Shown in pieces: positions 1 through 12,513 of a DNA stretch of 64,000 nt. Under the pieces are notes generated by a model that was not told where the DNA came from, searched no databases, and saw only the letters and a list, made by a program, of their open reading frames with translations. Source of the DNA: Octopus vulgaris (Eukaryota); contig CATOCA020000003.1 of the NCBI GenBank assembly GCA_951406725.2, positions 558,001-622,000 of the forward strand, read 5' to 3'. Every line of letters starts with the position of its first letter. The stretch's first letter is position 1. The position numbers and the translations under genes are program-made.

Positions 1-1048
1 TTCCATGCTTTCGTTTCTCATCGAGTTCAACGTTTTTTTGGTGTCCTGTACCCACATATGCATGTATATATACATATAGATATAGGTAAGTACATATATG
101 TATGTATATATGCATATGTTTTATATTGTTATGGAGGTAAGAAAAAGGAAACAGACAGAAAAACACTATGCCCCTTGTTCCATTAGTTGGAAATGAACCG
201 GCGCTCCAGTTGTTCAGGACAGTGGTATTTTCCTTTGTCCTGTCAACGAGCACGGTAATTAATGATCTTAAGAAGCGAACTTTGATCACAACACGGTCAA
301 GGAGAGTTTATAAAAAAAATTTAAATGCTACCCTTTAAAAATGCGACTGGCATTGGGGTTAGTAGTCAGTTGGCGAAAGAGGGTCAGTCGATGCGGAACA
401 GCGGAGCGAATAAAAGATGGTGGAGATGGCGAGAGGCAGTGACAACGATGAGAAAGACAGACAGTGAATGTGAGAAATGACAAGCGAGAGGAAGTAAGGA
501 AGATGACAGTGAAGGGGGCAGATAGAAGTCGAACTGATATAGTAGGAGTTGCGAGTTAAGAAGACGTTGCTGATATGAAATTAAGGGAAGAAAAAAATGT
601 TCTGGTAAATGTTGTTTTTTTCTGTATGTTTAGAACTTTGATGTTGGAATGTAAAAGAAGGGGAAACTTTGATGTGATAAATGTGTTAAATCTTTCAAGA
701 AAGAAAGGAAAGACTCTGTGACGTAGACTGTAGAAAAGAAAGAAGAGAAAAGAAAAAGAAAGAGACTGTTAATTGATTTGTTTTGAAGGATCGAACTCTG
801 TATTGTATTGAACGTTAACTGATTGTTTTTGGACTTTGTAGTATGTTTAAATGTATTTATTCGAACTGTGTTATGTTTAAATGCAACTGATTGTCTTTCA
901 AACTCTGTCAAATGTGTGTTAACCTTTGTTGTTAAATGCTTTTGTTTAAAAGCAAAAAATTGTTAAACTACGCAACCTCCGCAGTGTCTGCCTCTTTTGT
1001 TGTTGTCTTGGTTTCTGGCTATGTTCGCTGGACTTGGTGGAGGCGTGA

Positions 1049-1777
1049 GTGGGTAGCCAGACCAGAGAGAAAGAGATCTCACTGGCCATGATTGTGGAGA
1101 TGCTGAAGGATCAGAGAACACAGCTAGACACATTCATGGGAAGGCTTGAGAAAAGGCAACAGGGCTTACGGGAAGATGCCCAGGTGCTTGAGGATGCAGA
1201 TGGGTCAGCTTTGGAGGATGAGTGTTTGACATGTGGTAAGGGTGGTCACGTGGGTGGAGATTGCCCAGCAAGTGCGAAGGAAAATCAAGGTGACCCAGAG
1301 GAACTTTGTGTTGTTAAATCTGAAGAGACTACTGAGTCTGAGGTTGCTGAACTTAAAGTTGCTGTAGCTGTTCCATGTCTTAAAACTGGATCCCTGTCTC
1401 CCGGGACACAGGATGACTGTATGGTGCCCATTGGGGAGAAGCCACAGGCATGGATAGACTGTTGGCTGAACATGCGTTCCAGGAAGCCTTCGATGCAGAA
1501 GGCAGTAAAGAGGACCAAGCCTGGTAACAAGGCGAGACGGCTGCGGACGATGGTAGGACCACCAAGGTCAAGAAGACTGCTTCAGTGTCGGGTGAGCTTT
1601 GTATTTGATGGCTGCTTGGGGCTGGTGGAGCCCAACAGGCAGTGTACGGTGAAAGCTCAAGTGAGGGTCGGGCGGACCCTGGTAGAGGCAGGAGCTGACA
1701 GAGCGCTGGTTGGGTCAGCCAATTTATCGGAAGTGGCACAAGCGATTTGTAGAGGGCAAATCGAGGGACTGTGCTAG
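1049..1777 (+). CDS. Gag-like ORF of the LTR element with CCHC zinc knuckle
   Basis: 242-codon open frame right after the PBS-like site, containing CLTCGKGGHVGGDC (CX2CX4HX4C). The true start codon is uncertain (the track starts at GTG; first ATG ~1088). Confidence 0.65.
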   Translation: MGSQTREKEISLAMIVEMLKDQRTQLDTFMGRLEKRQQGLREDAQVLEDADGSALEDECLTCGKGGHVGGDCPASAKENQGDPEELCVVKSEETTESEVAELKVAVAVPCLKTGSLSPGTQDDCMVPIGEKPQAWIDCWLNMRSRKPSMQKAVKRTKPGNKARRLRTMVGPPRSRRLLQCRVSFVFDGCLGLVEPNRQCTVKAQVRVGRTLVEAGADRALVGSANLSEVAQAICRGQIEGLC

Positions 1778-2219
1778 GTGGTGGACCAGCAGTGGGGTCA
1801 GTTGTGTCACTACAGGAGGGCAGTTGAAGGAGGTAGTGGTCTGTCTGTGCAGTTGCAGAAGCGGTTCGCAAGGAGTCGCCGGTGCTTGGAGGGTACTCAG
1901 GTGTTGCGGAGGAAGCAACTGTTGGTGAGGTCTGCAGGACATTGGTCGCAAGGTGTGTAGGATGTTGGTCGCACGGACCTGGCAGAGCGCTATATCGACC
2001 CGGGTGGCCATCGCTCAATGAAGCAGTGAGCTCGGAGGATGGTCCCAGTTCGGCAGTGGGAAATGAAGGGAGATCGATGACAGGGAGCAGTGAAAAGGCC
2101 GAGCAGTCCCTGGTCGTCAGCAATTTTTGTGCAGAATGGAGACGACACAGCAAGATGTTACGTGGGCTACAAAGCGCTGAGGGAGGTAGCTGCCGTGAAG
2201 GATTAGCCAGTCCCTGCTT

Positions 2220-2480
2220 GAGTGAGGGAGTTGAGGAGTTTCCTCGGACTGTGCACCTATTATAGGTGCCTCATAGGAAGCTTTGCGATGTGGGCTGCAC
2301 CATTACACAAGATATAGAGGAAAGATGCCGATTTATAGCCAGTGGTAAAGTGGCTACCCAAGGAAACCTCCAGTTACATAAAACATCTGCAGGAGAGGCT
2401 GACTGGGGTACACCAACAGGTTAAAGAAGTTCTGAAGTTTTCGGGTGAGGTGATGAAGCGTCGGCATGACACCAGGACTG
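2220..2480 (+). pseudogene. Gypsy pol remnants (RT/RNase H connection and integrase C-terminal helix)
   Basis: Manual translation gives VRELRSFLGLCTYYRCLIGSFAMWAAPLHK (Gypsy 'RSFLGL..YYR..I..FA..AAPL' motif), then YIKHLQERLTGVHQQVKEVLKFSGEVMKRRHD. The catalytic RT and integrase cores are absent. Confidence 0.75.
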
Positions 2481-3687
2481 GTGACGTCTTCTCCATAAAT
2501 CGAGCAGACGAACCATCCGTCAGGGAACCATGGGTCTGGCCAGTTCAGCTGGAGCACACTTTCGGAGGTTGGGCTCACACGTTGAGAAGGTCGTCTGGAG
2601 ATACGACTGTAGTGTGCTTTTGTCGGGTCGACAAAAAGATTAGGGAGGGAGTAGTGTTATGGAGGTAACAAAAAGGAAACAGACAGAAAAACACTATGCC
2701 CCTTGTTCCATTAGTTGGAAATGAACCAGCACTCCAGTTGTTCAGGACAGTGGTATTTTCCTTTCTCCTGTCAACAAGCACGGTAATTAATGATCTTAGG
2801 AAGCGATCTTTGATCCCAACACGGTCAAGGAGAGTTTATAAAAATATAAAAATGCTACCCTTTAAAAATGCGTTTGGCATTGGGGTTAGTAGTCAGTTAG
2901 TGAGAGAGGGTCAGTCGATGCGGGACAGCCAGCCAGAAGTGTGAGCGGAGCAGACAAGGGAGTGGATGGAGATGGTGGAGATGGCGAGAGGCAGCGACAA
3001 CGATGAGAAAGACAGACAGTGAATGTGAGAAATGACAAGCGAGAGGAAGTAAGGAAGATGACAGTGAAGAGGGCAGATAGAAGCCGAACTGATATAGTAG
3101 GAGTTGCGAGTCAAGAGGACGTTGCTGATGTGAAATTAAGGGAAGAAAAAAATGTTCTGGTAAATGTTTTTTTCTGTATGTTTTGAACTTTGATGTTGGA
3201 ATGTAAAAGGGGAAACTTTGAGGTGATAAATGTGTTAAATCTTTCAAGAAAGAAAGGAAAGACTCTGTGACGTAGACTGTAGAAAAGAAAGAAGAGAAAA
3301 GAAAAAGAAAGAGAGTGTTAATTGATTTGCTTTGAAGGATCGAACTCTGTATTGTGTTGAACGTTAACTGATTGTTTTTGGACTTTGTAGTATATTTAAA
3401 TGTATTTGATTTGGTTATTCGAACTGTGTTATGTTTAAATAACCTTTGTTGTTAAATGCTTTTGTTTTAAAGACAAAAAATTGTTAAACTACGCAACTTC
3501 CACTGTGCCTGTATCTTTTGTTGTTGTTGTCTTGGTTTCTGGCTGCATTTGCTGCCTTTCCTTTTCCCCCGCTTTCCATGGTGGACTTCCAGTTTCACTG
3601 AGCGTCGTCGTCGTCGTGACTTAGGGCCCGTGGTGGAATCGGAAGGCCTAGGGCTCGAGCGCACGACATAACAATATATTATTTTGT

Positions 3688-3733
<46 letters not shown>

Positions 3734-3763
3734 AACATATATAATGTGTATATATATTATATA

Positions 3764-3794
<31 letters not shown>

Positions 3795-3904
3795 ATATAC
3801 AGATATAATGTGTATATATATATAATATACGAACAACATGTATATGTATATATATAATATACGAACAACGTGTGTATATATATATATGTAATATACATAT
3901 ATAA

Positions 3905-3980
<76 letters not shown>

Positions 3981-3983
<3 letters not shown>

Positions 3984-4124
3984 TCATCATCGTGTAACAT
4001 CCGCTTTCCATGCTAGCATGGGTTGTACGATTTGACTGAGGCCCGGCGAACCAGACTCCAATCTGATCTGGCAGAGTTTCTACAGCTGGATGCCCTTCCT
4101 AACGCCAACCACTCCAAGAGTGTA
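3981..4124 (-). mobile_element. RTE LINE 3'-terminal fragment
   Basis: (CAT)n tail, CCATGCTAGCATGG hairpin and CAGCTGGATGCCCTTCCTAACGCCAACC motif, as at the 3' ends of the RTE copies at 9.3, 24.1 and 43.7 kb. Confidence 0.85.
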
Positions 4125-4129
4125 TATAC

Positions 4130-4179
<50 letters not shown>

Positions 4180-4235
4180 CATTATATATATATACATTAT
4201 ATATATATATAATGTATATGTATATATATATATAA

Positions 4236-4673
4236 TAGAATCGAAAAATAGATGAACATCAATGGAATTTGTGTCCTTGTGGTACCAGTGCCGGTGGCAC
4301 ATAAGAAAACCATCCGAACATGACCGTAGCCAGTACCGCAATGACTGGCCTCCGTGCTGAGGGCACGTAACAAACACCATCCGAGCGTGGCCGTCCGCCA
4401 GCCTCGTCTGGCACCTGTGTCGGTGACACATAAGAAAACACCATCCGAGCGTGGCCGTCTGCCAGCCTCGTCTGGCACCTGTGTCGGTGGCACATAAAAT
4501 CACCCACTACACTCTCGGAGTGGTTGGCATTAGGAAGGGCATCCAGCTGTAGAAACACTGCCACATCTGACTGGCCTGGTGCAGCCTTCGGGCTTCCCAG
4601 ACCCCAGTTGAACCGTCCAACCCATGCTAGCATGGAAAGCGGACGTTAAACGATGATGATGATGATGATGATG
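4236..4673 (+). mobile_element. RTE LINE 3' UTR fragment with 4 tandem modules and (GAT)n tail
   Basis: Reverse-complement match to 24079-24560; ends ...GGACGTTAAACGATGATGAT. Confidence 0.88.
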
Positions 4674-4715
4674 ATATAACGTGTGTGTATGTATATATAT
4701 ATATATATATATATA

Positions 4716-5280
4716 TAAAACGACCAAAACGCCCCCCCCCCACCGTCCAATGGATGGTTCTAAGTTATCAAACATTTAAACCAAATTTTCTCAAAACAAC
4801 TTGTCCGACCGTCCCATAGGCCTCCCCTTTCGTCAAACACTGACTTAACTTAAATCTGAGACACCAGCAAAAGAAGAAATAAAGATAGACTTTTTTTCTA
4901 TTCCAAAGAAAAACGATTTTATTCACACAAATATGCAACTGAAGAGTTTAAAGTACCAGTAATGATAAGGCTGTTGACTGGAAGAACACAAATATGGTTT
5001 AAACAGTAAGTTTGGCAGGAATGAAACGTGCCTTTAAGCTGTACAAAAACAAGAAAAAATGGAAGGTACAATTATGTACAGGTTGTCGGAAGAAAAGCAG
5101 GACAAAAACAGCTTTATCGATTGCATTCTCACCTGGAATCTATTTTGGTAATTTTTTCAAAACTTATACATGCCCTGATACCATTGGTATCTACATATCA
5201 AATTTGAGCGCAATCGGATGGAGGATGCCTGAGATCCGAGAAGACACACACACAGACAGACAGAATGAATTTTATATAGA
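4716..5280 (-). mobile_element. Probable non-autonomous Helitron, 5' part
   Basis: Minus strand starts TCTATATAAAA followed by a (TCTG)n/(TG)n tract, the same architecture as the Helitron 5' ends at 46577 and ~55365. No 3' hairpin/CTAG is visible. Confidence 0.5.
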
Positions 5281-5290
5281 TATATATATA

Positions 5291-5332
<42 letters not shown>

Positions 5333-5441
5333 TAAAATATACATATATAATGTATATATATAATATACATATATATATATATAATTTATATGTATATATA
5401 TAATATACATATATATATATATTGTATATATATATATATAT

Positions 5442-5486
<45 letters not shown>

Positions 5487-6699
5487 CAATAATAATTCTC
5501 TAAACGAGGTATATACAGTAACTGCTCCATAACATAAGGGACGTTAGCCATCCGAATGTGGCTAGGGACAGGGCAGGGCGGTGGGGGTGTTACTGATGCA
5601 TTTAGCCCCAGGCGATCATCAACGTCACCAGAAGGGCTGACGCCATCACGGCATCCTAATGGAGAAACACAAAATGTATAAGCAGATGATGAGTAAAGCA
5701 CTGGCACAGTTTCGATTACTAATTGTTATCCGTAGATTCATTGTAGGAACTTCATAGTAATAAAATAGATGGATGGAATGAGTAAAAGAATTTATTTAGT
5801 AAGACATATGTTTTGACCAGTTCTGGATCTCTTTGGGTACATAAATAATTAAAAAAATAAAAACTCTCACTAGAGATTTTCTAATTTGGTTTTACTTATC
5901 GCTATATGTCTATCAACTTTGGGAATGAGAAAAAAACAGAAAAAGTTCAAATATGAACATGAAAATTATACATTCTAGTTTAGAGAAAATAACGTAATGA
6001 GCTATCGTTGTTATAACTGTCAAGAGAGAGAAAAGGAAGTAGAAGTTGAAAGGAAGATAATATTAAGATGAAATTTTTTTTGTATTCGTGCTTAGATGCA
6101 CATATATATACACAGATACATATACATATATATACATATATATATGCACTTATAGATCCACTCTCACACACGCACATCCAAGTGTATGGGTATATACATA
6201 CATACATATATGTATAGGAACTCATATATACAGGTACATACTTGTATATATATACAGGTACATGCACATAGCATAAATATGTGAATATATTCGAACGTAA
6301 AGTGAGATACAGATGTCTGTGCAAAGTTTGACACTCACACACATGTCAATACACTTGCTTATAAACATAAGTAAATATATACACACACATACCTACATAT
6401 ATACATACACACACAAACAAATACTTATATGTATGCATATTCACATAGAAGGACGCATCTGCATACATGTATACACAAATTCACATTAATATATACATAC
6501 ACCTACAAAAAATGCAAATGCACACTGATAGAGATGTAGACATGTATATCTCAGCATATATATACATATAAACACATCCACACACACATGCACAGATATA
6601 TGTATATATACATACATATGCACATACACGTACATATATGCATGTATGCAAATATATACATATAAATGTAAATATATATATATATACACACCTACATGT

Positions 6700-6738
<39 letters not shown>

Positions 6739-7781
6739 ATAATATATTGTTATTAATATCAGGAAATCAATATTAGAAAATTCTCCAGAAAGATCTATAT
6801 GTGTGTAAACTGTTGTATTAAAACTATATATATATATATATATAAAAATATATGTAAATATGTATAAATATAAATATATAATAATAAATATGACAGTTTA
6901 AAAATTTCGAAGTTTATCCTCTTTTATTCCTTAGATTTTTAAGGTTCATTCATTATTTTTATTTTCATTCATTAATTTTCATTCATTCATAAATTAAAAT
7001 TATGCTAACAATTTTTAGCCAAATAATTTCAATTATCATAGAGTTATATAGAATGTAGATAGAGTAATAAATGGGTAGAATCCAGACCTGAAGATCGGGA
7101 GTATGTCGCTCTGAGTATTGAAACTAGAGACCTTATATACTGTCATGAAAAATGAGTTGTCTTTAAAATGGAAAGTATGGGATTCTGAATAAATATAGTA
7201 AGTATCATATTTAATATTTTATGGCTCAGTCGGGTATAATATCTTTCAATGTTGATTGAGTTGAGGGTGGTTCTGTCTCTAAAACTACTTTTATAAATAT
7301 GTATTTGTACATATATATATGCATACATACAAAAATGCATATGTATATACGTGTATACTTTTATATATGTGAGCATGTATTTGCATACATATTTTTGTAT
7401 ATTTGTTTGTGTATCCATGTGTATATATTTGTATGTATATTTATACTTATGTAGATCTACATGTAATTTTATGTGTACATTTTTATCTGTTCGTTGTGCA
7501 AGCCATATGAAGTATCCAAATGTTGTTGGTTACTTTCGGGTGTCATTATGTAGCACACTCTGCCCCTATCTATTTTTCTCTTTCTCTCGCTAGTTCTGTT
7601 TCTCTTTCTTTCATTTATTTTCTTTTTCTTCTTCTCCACTGTTTTGTTCCTCCTCCCCATACTTAATACTCTCTGATTTTTCCTTCTCTTTCTTTTGCCT
7701 GCAACAACTAACTTGTATAAACATACACCATGAGATTTTATGCACATGCATGTGTGTGTGTGTATACATACATGTATATAT

Positions 7782-7829
<48 letters not shown>

Positions 7830-8250
7830 GTCTTGCCTATATATGCCTGTGTATGTATGTACCAATGTACATACATCTGTATGTTTTAGTTTATATATGT
7901 ATACTATAGATGGTTTGGTATGTGCATATACTGCTAAATGTATATGTAGTCCGTGAAAATTTTTTAAAACAGATATAACTTTTAATGTATCACTTGATTA
8001 ATATTTTACAAATAATTATTTAGCCTGAGTAGTTTGACTCTGTCCTTCTTTATAAGTTATTTTTGATTTAAGGTGTTCTTCAACTTTATATTAAGATGAT
8101 TTTATACCGAATTTTGTTCATTGCATGCAACCAGTTATTATAAAGACCGTTAGTTGAAAGGACCAATGAAGCAAAACCATTTTCAAATGTGTATCCACTA
8201 AACTAATTGTATATGCTTGCTTATAACTTTATTTTTGTTCCATTCTAAAC

Positions 8251-8294
8251 AAAACTGTCTGACGAATGGAAACGTGAAACTGAGTAACAGTTTT
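8251..8294 (+). ncRNA. Minimal type-I hammerhead ribozyme (Penelope-type)
   Basis: Stem I AAAACTGT/ACAGTTTT (8 bp), core CTGACGA, stem II ATG-GAAA-CGT, then GAAAC-TGA-GTA (GUA cleavage triplet). The downstream tail (8320-8390) recurs at 11455-11530. Confidence 0.8.
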
Positions 8295-8416
8295 TGTGAT
8301 ATTTTTGCTTCTTTTTAATAAAGCATATTACTCTACCTCTGGTATTCGAGTACTATTTTTTCCACCTTGATATGTGATTACTCTGGTACATACATATATA
8401 TATATATATATATATG

Positions 8417-8627
8417 TTTGTGTGTCTGTGTTTGTCCCCACCACCATCACTTGACAACCAATGCTGGTATGTTTACATCCCTGTAACTTAGCAGTTCAGC
8501 AAAAATGACTGATAGAATAAGTACTAGGCTTACAAAGAATAAATTCTGGGGTCAATTTGTTTGATTAAAGGCAGTGCTCCAGCATGGTCACAGTCAAATA
8601 ATTGAAACAAATAAAAGGGTAAAAGAG
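8417..8627 (+). mobile_element. SINE, 3' half
   Basis: Same body and tail as the minus-strand SINEs at 13.5-14.2 kb (…TAACTTAGC…GATAGAATAAGTACTAGG…GGCAGTGCTCCAGCATGG…TAAAAGAG). Confidence 0.75.
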
Positions 8628-8939
8628 CTTTTCACTATGAAAATGAATGAAAGGGAACTTCCTTTTTTAAATGAACACACACCAATATTTAGATATTAGA
8701 TCTTGCCACCCATTCCATAATAAAAGGAACTTCATATTCAATATGGCAAGATATATGCTCAATAGTTATGGACAAAAATAGATGAGAGAAAAGACTGGTA
8801 GAACTAAATATGTTCCTTCAGAAAGAAAAATACCTGCAAAATTTAGTAAATCATGCTATAACCAAAGCAAGAGAAATTTCAGTCTCTGTCTTATGGAGAA
8901 ACCCTCACAATGAGGATGAAAACAAAGTACAAATATTCC

Positions 8940-9305
8940 ATTTACACAAAGAACATATTGCACAAAGAACACCACCTAAGCTACAGAAACTGAATTTGGG
9001 AGTACTCTGTCATCTACCATATTCACTAGACCTTGCACCAACTGACTATCATATTTTCTAGGCATTAGACAACTTTTTGCAAGGAAAAAAATTCAAATCA
9101 GAAGATGCAAAAACAGCCTCCCGTGATTTCATCACCTCTTGCTCTCCAGAATTCTTTGGTGCTGGCATAAATAAGCTACTGAAAAAACGGCAAAATTGTA
9201 TTGATAATTTAAGTGCATACTTTGATTAACTGCATTGCTTTTTGTTGAGATAAAGTAAAATAAACTTTCAGTTCAAAATTGGACATTTCATTCTTAATGA
9301 CCTGA
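8940..9305 (+). mobile_element. mariner transposon 3' fragment
   Basis: HLPYSLDLAPTDYHIF*ALDNFLQGKKF (mariner YSPDLAP.D motif), followed by a TIR-like end ...TAATGACCTGA and TA. Confidence 0.85.
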
Positions 9306-9307
9306 TA

Positions 9308-11101
9308 TCATCATCATCATCATCATTTAGCGTCCGCTTTCCATGCTAGCATGGGTTGGACGGTTCAACTGGGGTCTGTGAAGCCAGAAGGCTGCATCAG
9401 GTCCAGTCTGATCTGGCAGTGTTTCTACGGCTGGATGCCCTTCCTAACGACAACCACTCTGTGAGCGTAGTGGGTGCTTTTTATGTGCCACCCGCACAGG
9501 TGCCAGACGGAGCTGGCAAACGGCCACGGACGGATCGTGCTTTTTACGTGCCACCGGCACGGGGCCAGGCAAGGCTGGCAACGGCCACGAACGGATGGTG
9601 CTTTTTACGTGCCACCGGTACGAGGCCAGTTGGGGCGGCGCTGGCAACGGCCACAAACGGATGGTGGTGCCAGACGAGTCTGGCAAACAGCCACGAACGG
9701 ATGGTGCTTTTTTACGTGCCACCGGCACGGGGGCCGGGCGAGACTGCCAAACAACCACGAACAGATGGTGCTTTTTATGTGCCACTGGCACGAGGCCAGT
9801 TTGGGCGGCGCTGGCAACGACCACATTCGGATGGTTCTCTTACGTGCCACTGGCACTGGGAACTCAGCTGCAATTTCCATTGATCGATTTCAATTCTAAT
9901 CCTCACTTGCCTCAACAGGTCTTCACAAGTAGAGTTTTGTGTCCCAAGAAGGGAAGGTATGCATAAGTGGGCTGGTTACATCCCATGTAGAAGGCCATGG
10001 GTTATGGTCTCACTTGTCCTGCCGGGTCTTCTCGCGCACAGCATACTTCCTGAGGTCTCGGTCTCTAGTCATTTCCTCGGTGAGACCTAAACTTCGAAGG
10101 TCGTGCTTCACCACCTCGTCCAAGGTTTTCCTGGGTCTGCCTCTTCCACAGGTTCCCTCAACCGCTAGGGTGTGGCACTTTTTCACACAACTATCTTCAT
10201 CCATTCTCGCCACATGCCCATACCAGTCCAAACGTCTCTCTTGCACACCACAACTGATGCTTCTTAGGTCCAGCTTTTCTCTCAAGGTACTTACACTCTG
10301 TCGAGTATGAGTACTAACATTACACATCCATCGGAGCATACTGGCTTCATTTCTTGCGAGCTTACGCATATCCTCAGCAGTCACGGCCCATGTTTCATTG
10401 CCATGTAGCATGGCTGTTCGTACACACGCGTCATACAGTCTGCCTTTTACTCTGAGCGAGAGGCCTTTTGTCACCAGCAGAGGTAAGAGCTCTCTGAACT
10501 TTGCCCAAGCTATTTTTACTCTAGCAGTTACACTTTCAGCACACCCGCCCCCGCTGCTGACTTGGTCACCTAGGTAACAGAAGCTATCAACTATTTCTAG
10601 TTTTTCTCCCTGGAAAGTGACAGAAGTTGGTCTCAGAGCATTTTCAGTGTATATTGTTCCTGAGCATCTGCCACATACAAAAACCATCTTCCTAGTTAGC
10701 CTTCCTTTGACATTGCTGCACCTCTTATGTGTCCATAGCTTACACTTGGTGCATCTTATAGAGTTTCTACCTACACTTTTTCTACAGATCGAGCAGGGCC
10801 ATCTACCTGAAGGCGTTTGTGATTTGTCTACCTTCCTGCTGATTACGACTTTGGTTTTAGCTAGATTGACTCTAAGGCCCTTCGATTCTAATCCTTGCTT
10901 CCACACCTGAAACTTCTCCTCCAGTTCTGATAGTGACTCAGCAATTAGAGCAAGGTCATCAGCATAGAGGAGCTCCCAAGGGCATCCTGTCTTGAATTCC
11001 TCCGTTATTGCCTGGAGGACTATGATAAATAAGAGGGGGCTGAGGACTGAGCCTTGGTGGACCCCTACCTCTACCCAGAATTCTTCACTGTACTCGTTGC
11101 C
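9308..11101 (-). mobile_element. 5'-truncated RTE-clade LINE (RT C-terminus, zinc finger, 3' UTR array)
   Basis: VGVHQGSVLSPLLF...ELLYADDL, a Cys-rich finger (CSICRK...CTKCKLWTHKRC) and GRGRPRKT. Stop at 10010, followed by a 3' UTR with modules and a (GAT)n tail. Confidence 0.95.
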
Positions 11102-11124
11102 AAAAATATATATATATATATATA

Positions 11125-11410
11125 AGAAATTTTTGCGTAATGAGATGAAAAAACCAAGGCTGTATAGATATTAGAGCATTTATAGATAGAAGCTGTAAGA
11201 CCTTCTATCTATAAATGCTCTAATATCTATACAGCCTTGGTTTTTTTATCTCATTACGCAAAAAATTCTTACATACACACGCTGACATAGAACCAATGTT
11301 AAATCCTTTATTCGCAAATTTACCGAATCTGGAACTTAACTATGGTTTGTCTATAGCACTTATTCAGTATTACCTGACACCTTTGGGTATCAATGACACC
11401 ATTATCTCTT
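11125..11410. mobile_element. Penelope-type non-coding element fragment with ~70-bp inverted duplication
   Basis: Near-perfect palindrome 11125-11270. Same family as 43260-43727, which carries hammerhead-like cores. Confidence 0.7.
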
Positions 11411-11527
11411 ATAACCTCAACTTCGCTATAGATATATATATATATACTTTATTTAAAGCATATTACTCTACCACTGGTATTTGAGTACTCTTTTTTCCAC
11501 CTTGTTTCACATTTCTGTGTTTACCCC

Positions 11528-11558
<31 letters not shown>

Positions 11559-11561
<3 letters not shown>

Positions 11562-12475
11562 TTGTGGTGTGCAAGAGAGATGACTGCACTGGTATGGTCA
11601 TGTGGCGAGAATGGATGAGGATAGCTGTGTGAAAAAGTGCCACACCCTTGCGGTTGAAGGAACCTGTGGAAGAGGTAGAGCCAGGAAAACCTGGGATGAG
11701 GTGGTGAAGCACAACCTTCGAACATTAGGCCTCACCGAGGCAATGACTAGTGACAGAGACCTTTGAAAATATGCTGTGTGTGAGAAGACCCGACAAGACA
11801 AGTGAGATCATAACCCGTGGCCTTTACCAAGGGTGTAGCCAGCCCACTTATGCGTACCTTTCCTTCTTTGGACACAAAACTATGCTTGCAAAGACCTGTT
11901 GAGGCAAGTGAAATCGAAATTGAATTCAAAATCGAACCAAATTCGACGACTGGCACCCATGCCAACCTTCCTTCATTGGACACTAAACTCTGCTTGCGAA
12001 GATCTGTTGGGGCAAGTGAAATCGAAATTGAACCAAATTCGATGATTAGCACTAACAGCTCCATTAGCACTTAGCACTAACAGCTCCATCCAAGCGGGAT
12101 CACTGGCAGAGCAGCTGTCTGACTTCTGCACCAGTGGCACGTAAAAAACATCATTTGAGTGGGATCATTACCAGTGTCACATTACTGGCACTCATGCCGG
12201 TGGCACGTGAACAAAATATTTGAGCGAGGTCGTTGCCAGTGCCGCTGGACTGGCTCCTGTGCAGGTGGCACATAAAAAACACCATTTGAGCGTTGCTGCT
12301 GCCAGTACCACCAGACTGGCCCATAAAAGCACCCACTACACTCTCAGAGTGGTTGGCATTAGGAAGGGCATCCAGCTGTAGAAACTCTGCCAGATCAGAT
12401 TGGAGCCTGGTTCACCAGTCCTCAGTCAAATCGTCCAACCCATGCTAGCATGGAAAACGGACGTTAAATGATGAT
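11559..12475 (+). mobile_element. RTE LINE 3' fragment
   Basis: HVARMDEDSCVKKCHTLAVEGTCGRGRARKTWDEVVKH, then degenerate modules and a CCATGCTAGCATGG...ATGATGA tail. Inverted relative to the 9308-11101 copy. Confidence 0.92.
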
Positions 12476-12513
12476 ATATATATATGTATGTATATATATA
12501 AATAAAAAAACCA

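Larger units (their letters stand above)
127..3673 (+). mobile_element. Internally deleted Gypsy/Ty3 LTR retrotransposon (5' LTR 127-~1030, 3' LTR 2655-3673)
   Basis: Two ~0.9-1.0 kb direct repeats both starting TGTTATGGAGGTAA. The 3' LTR ends in the inverted CATAACA. A 4-bp TSD ATAT sits at 123-126 and 3674-3677, a polypurine tract AGGGAGGGAGTAG at 2642-2654, and a PBS-like TGGTGGAG at 1035. Confidence 0.92.

Noticed and set aside
1380-2153. 257-aa minus-strand ORF inside the LTR element
   Set aside because: Antisense shadow of the GC-rich gag/pol remnant with no recognisable motif.
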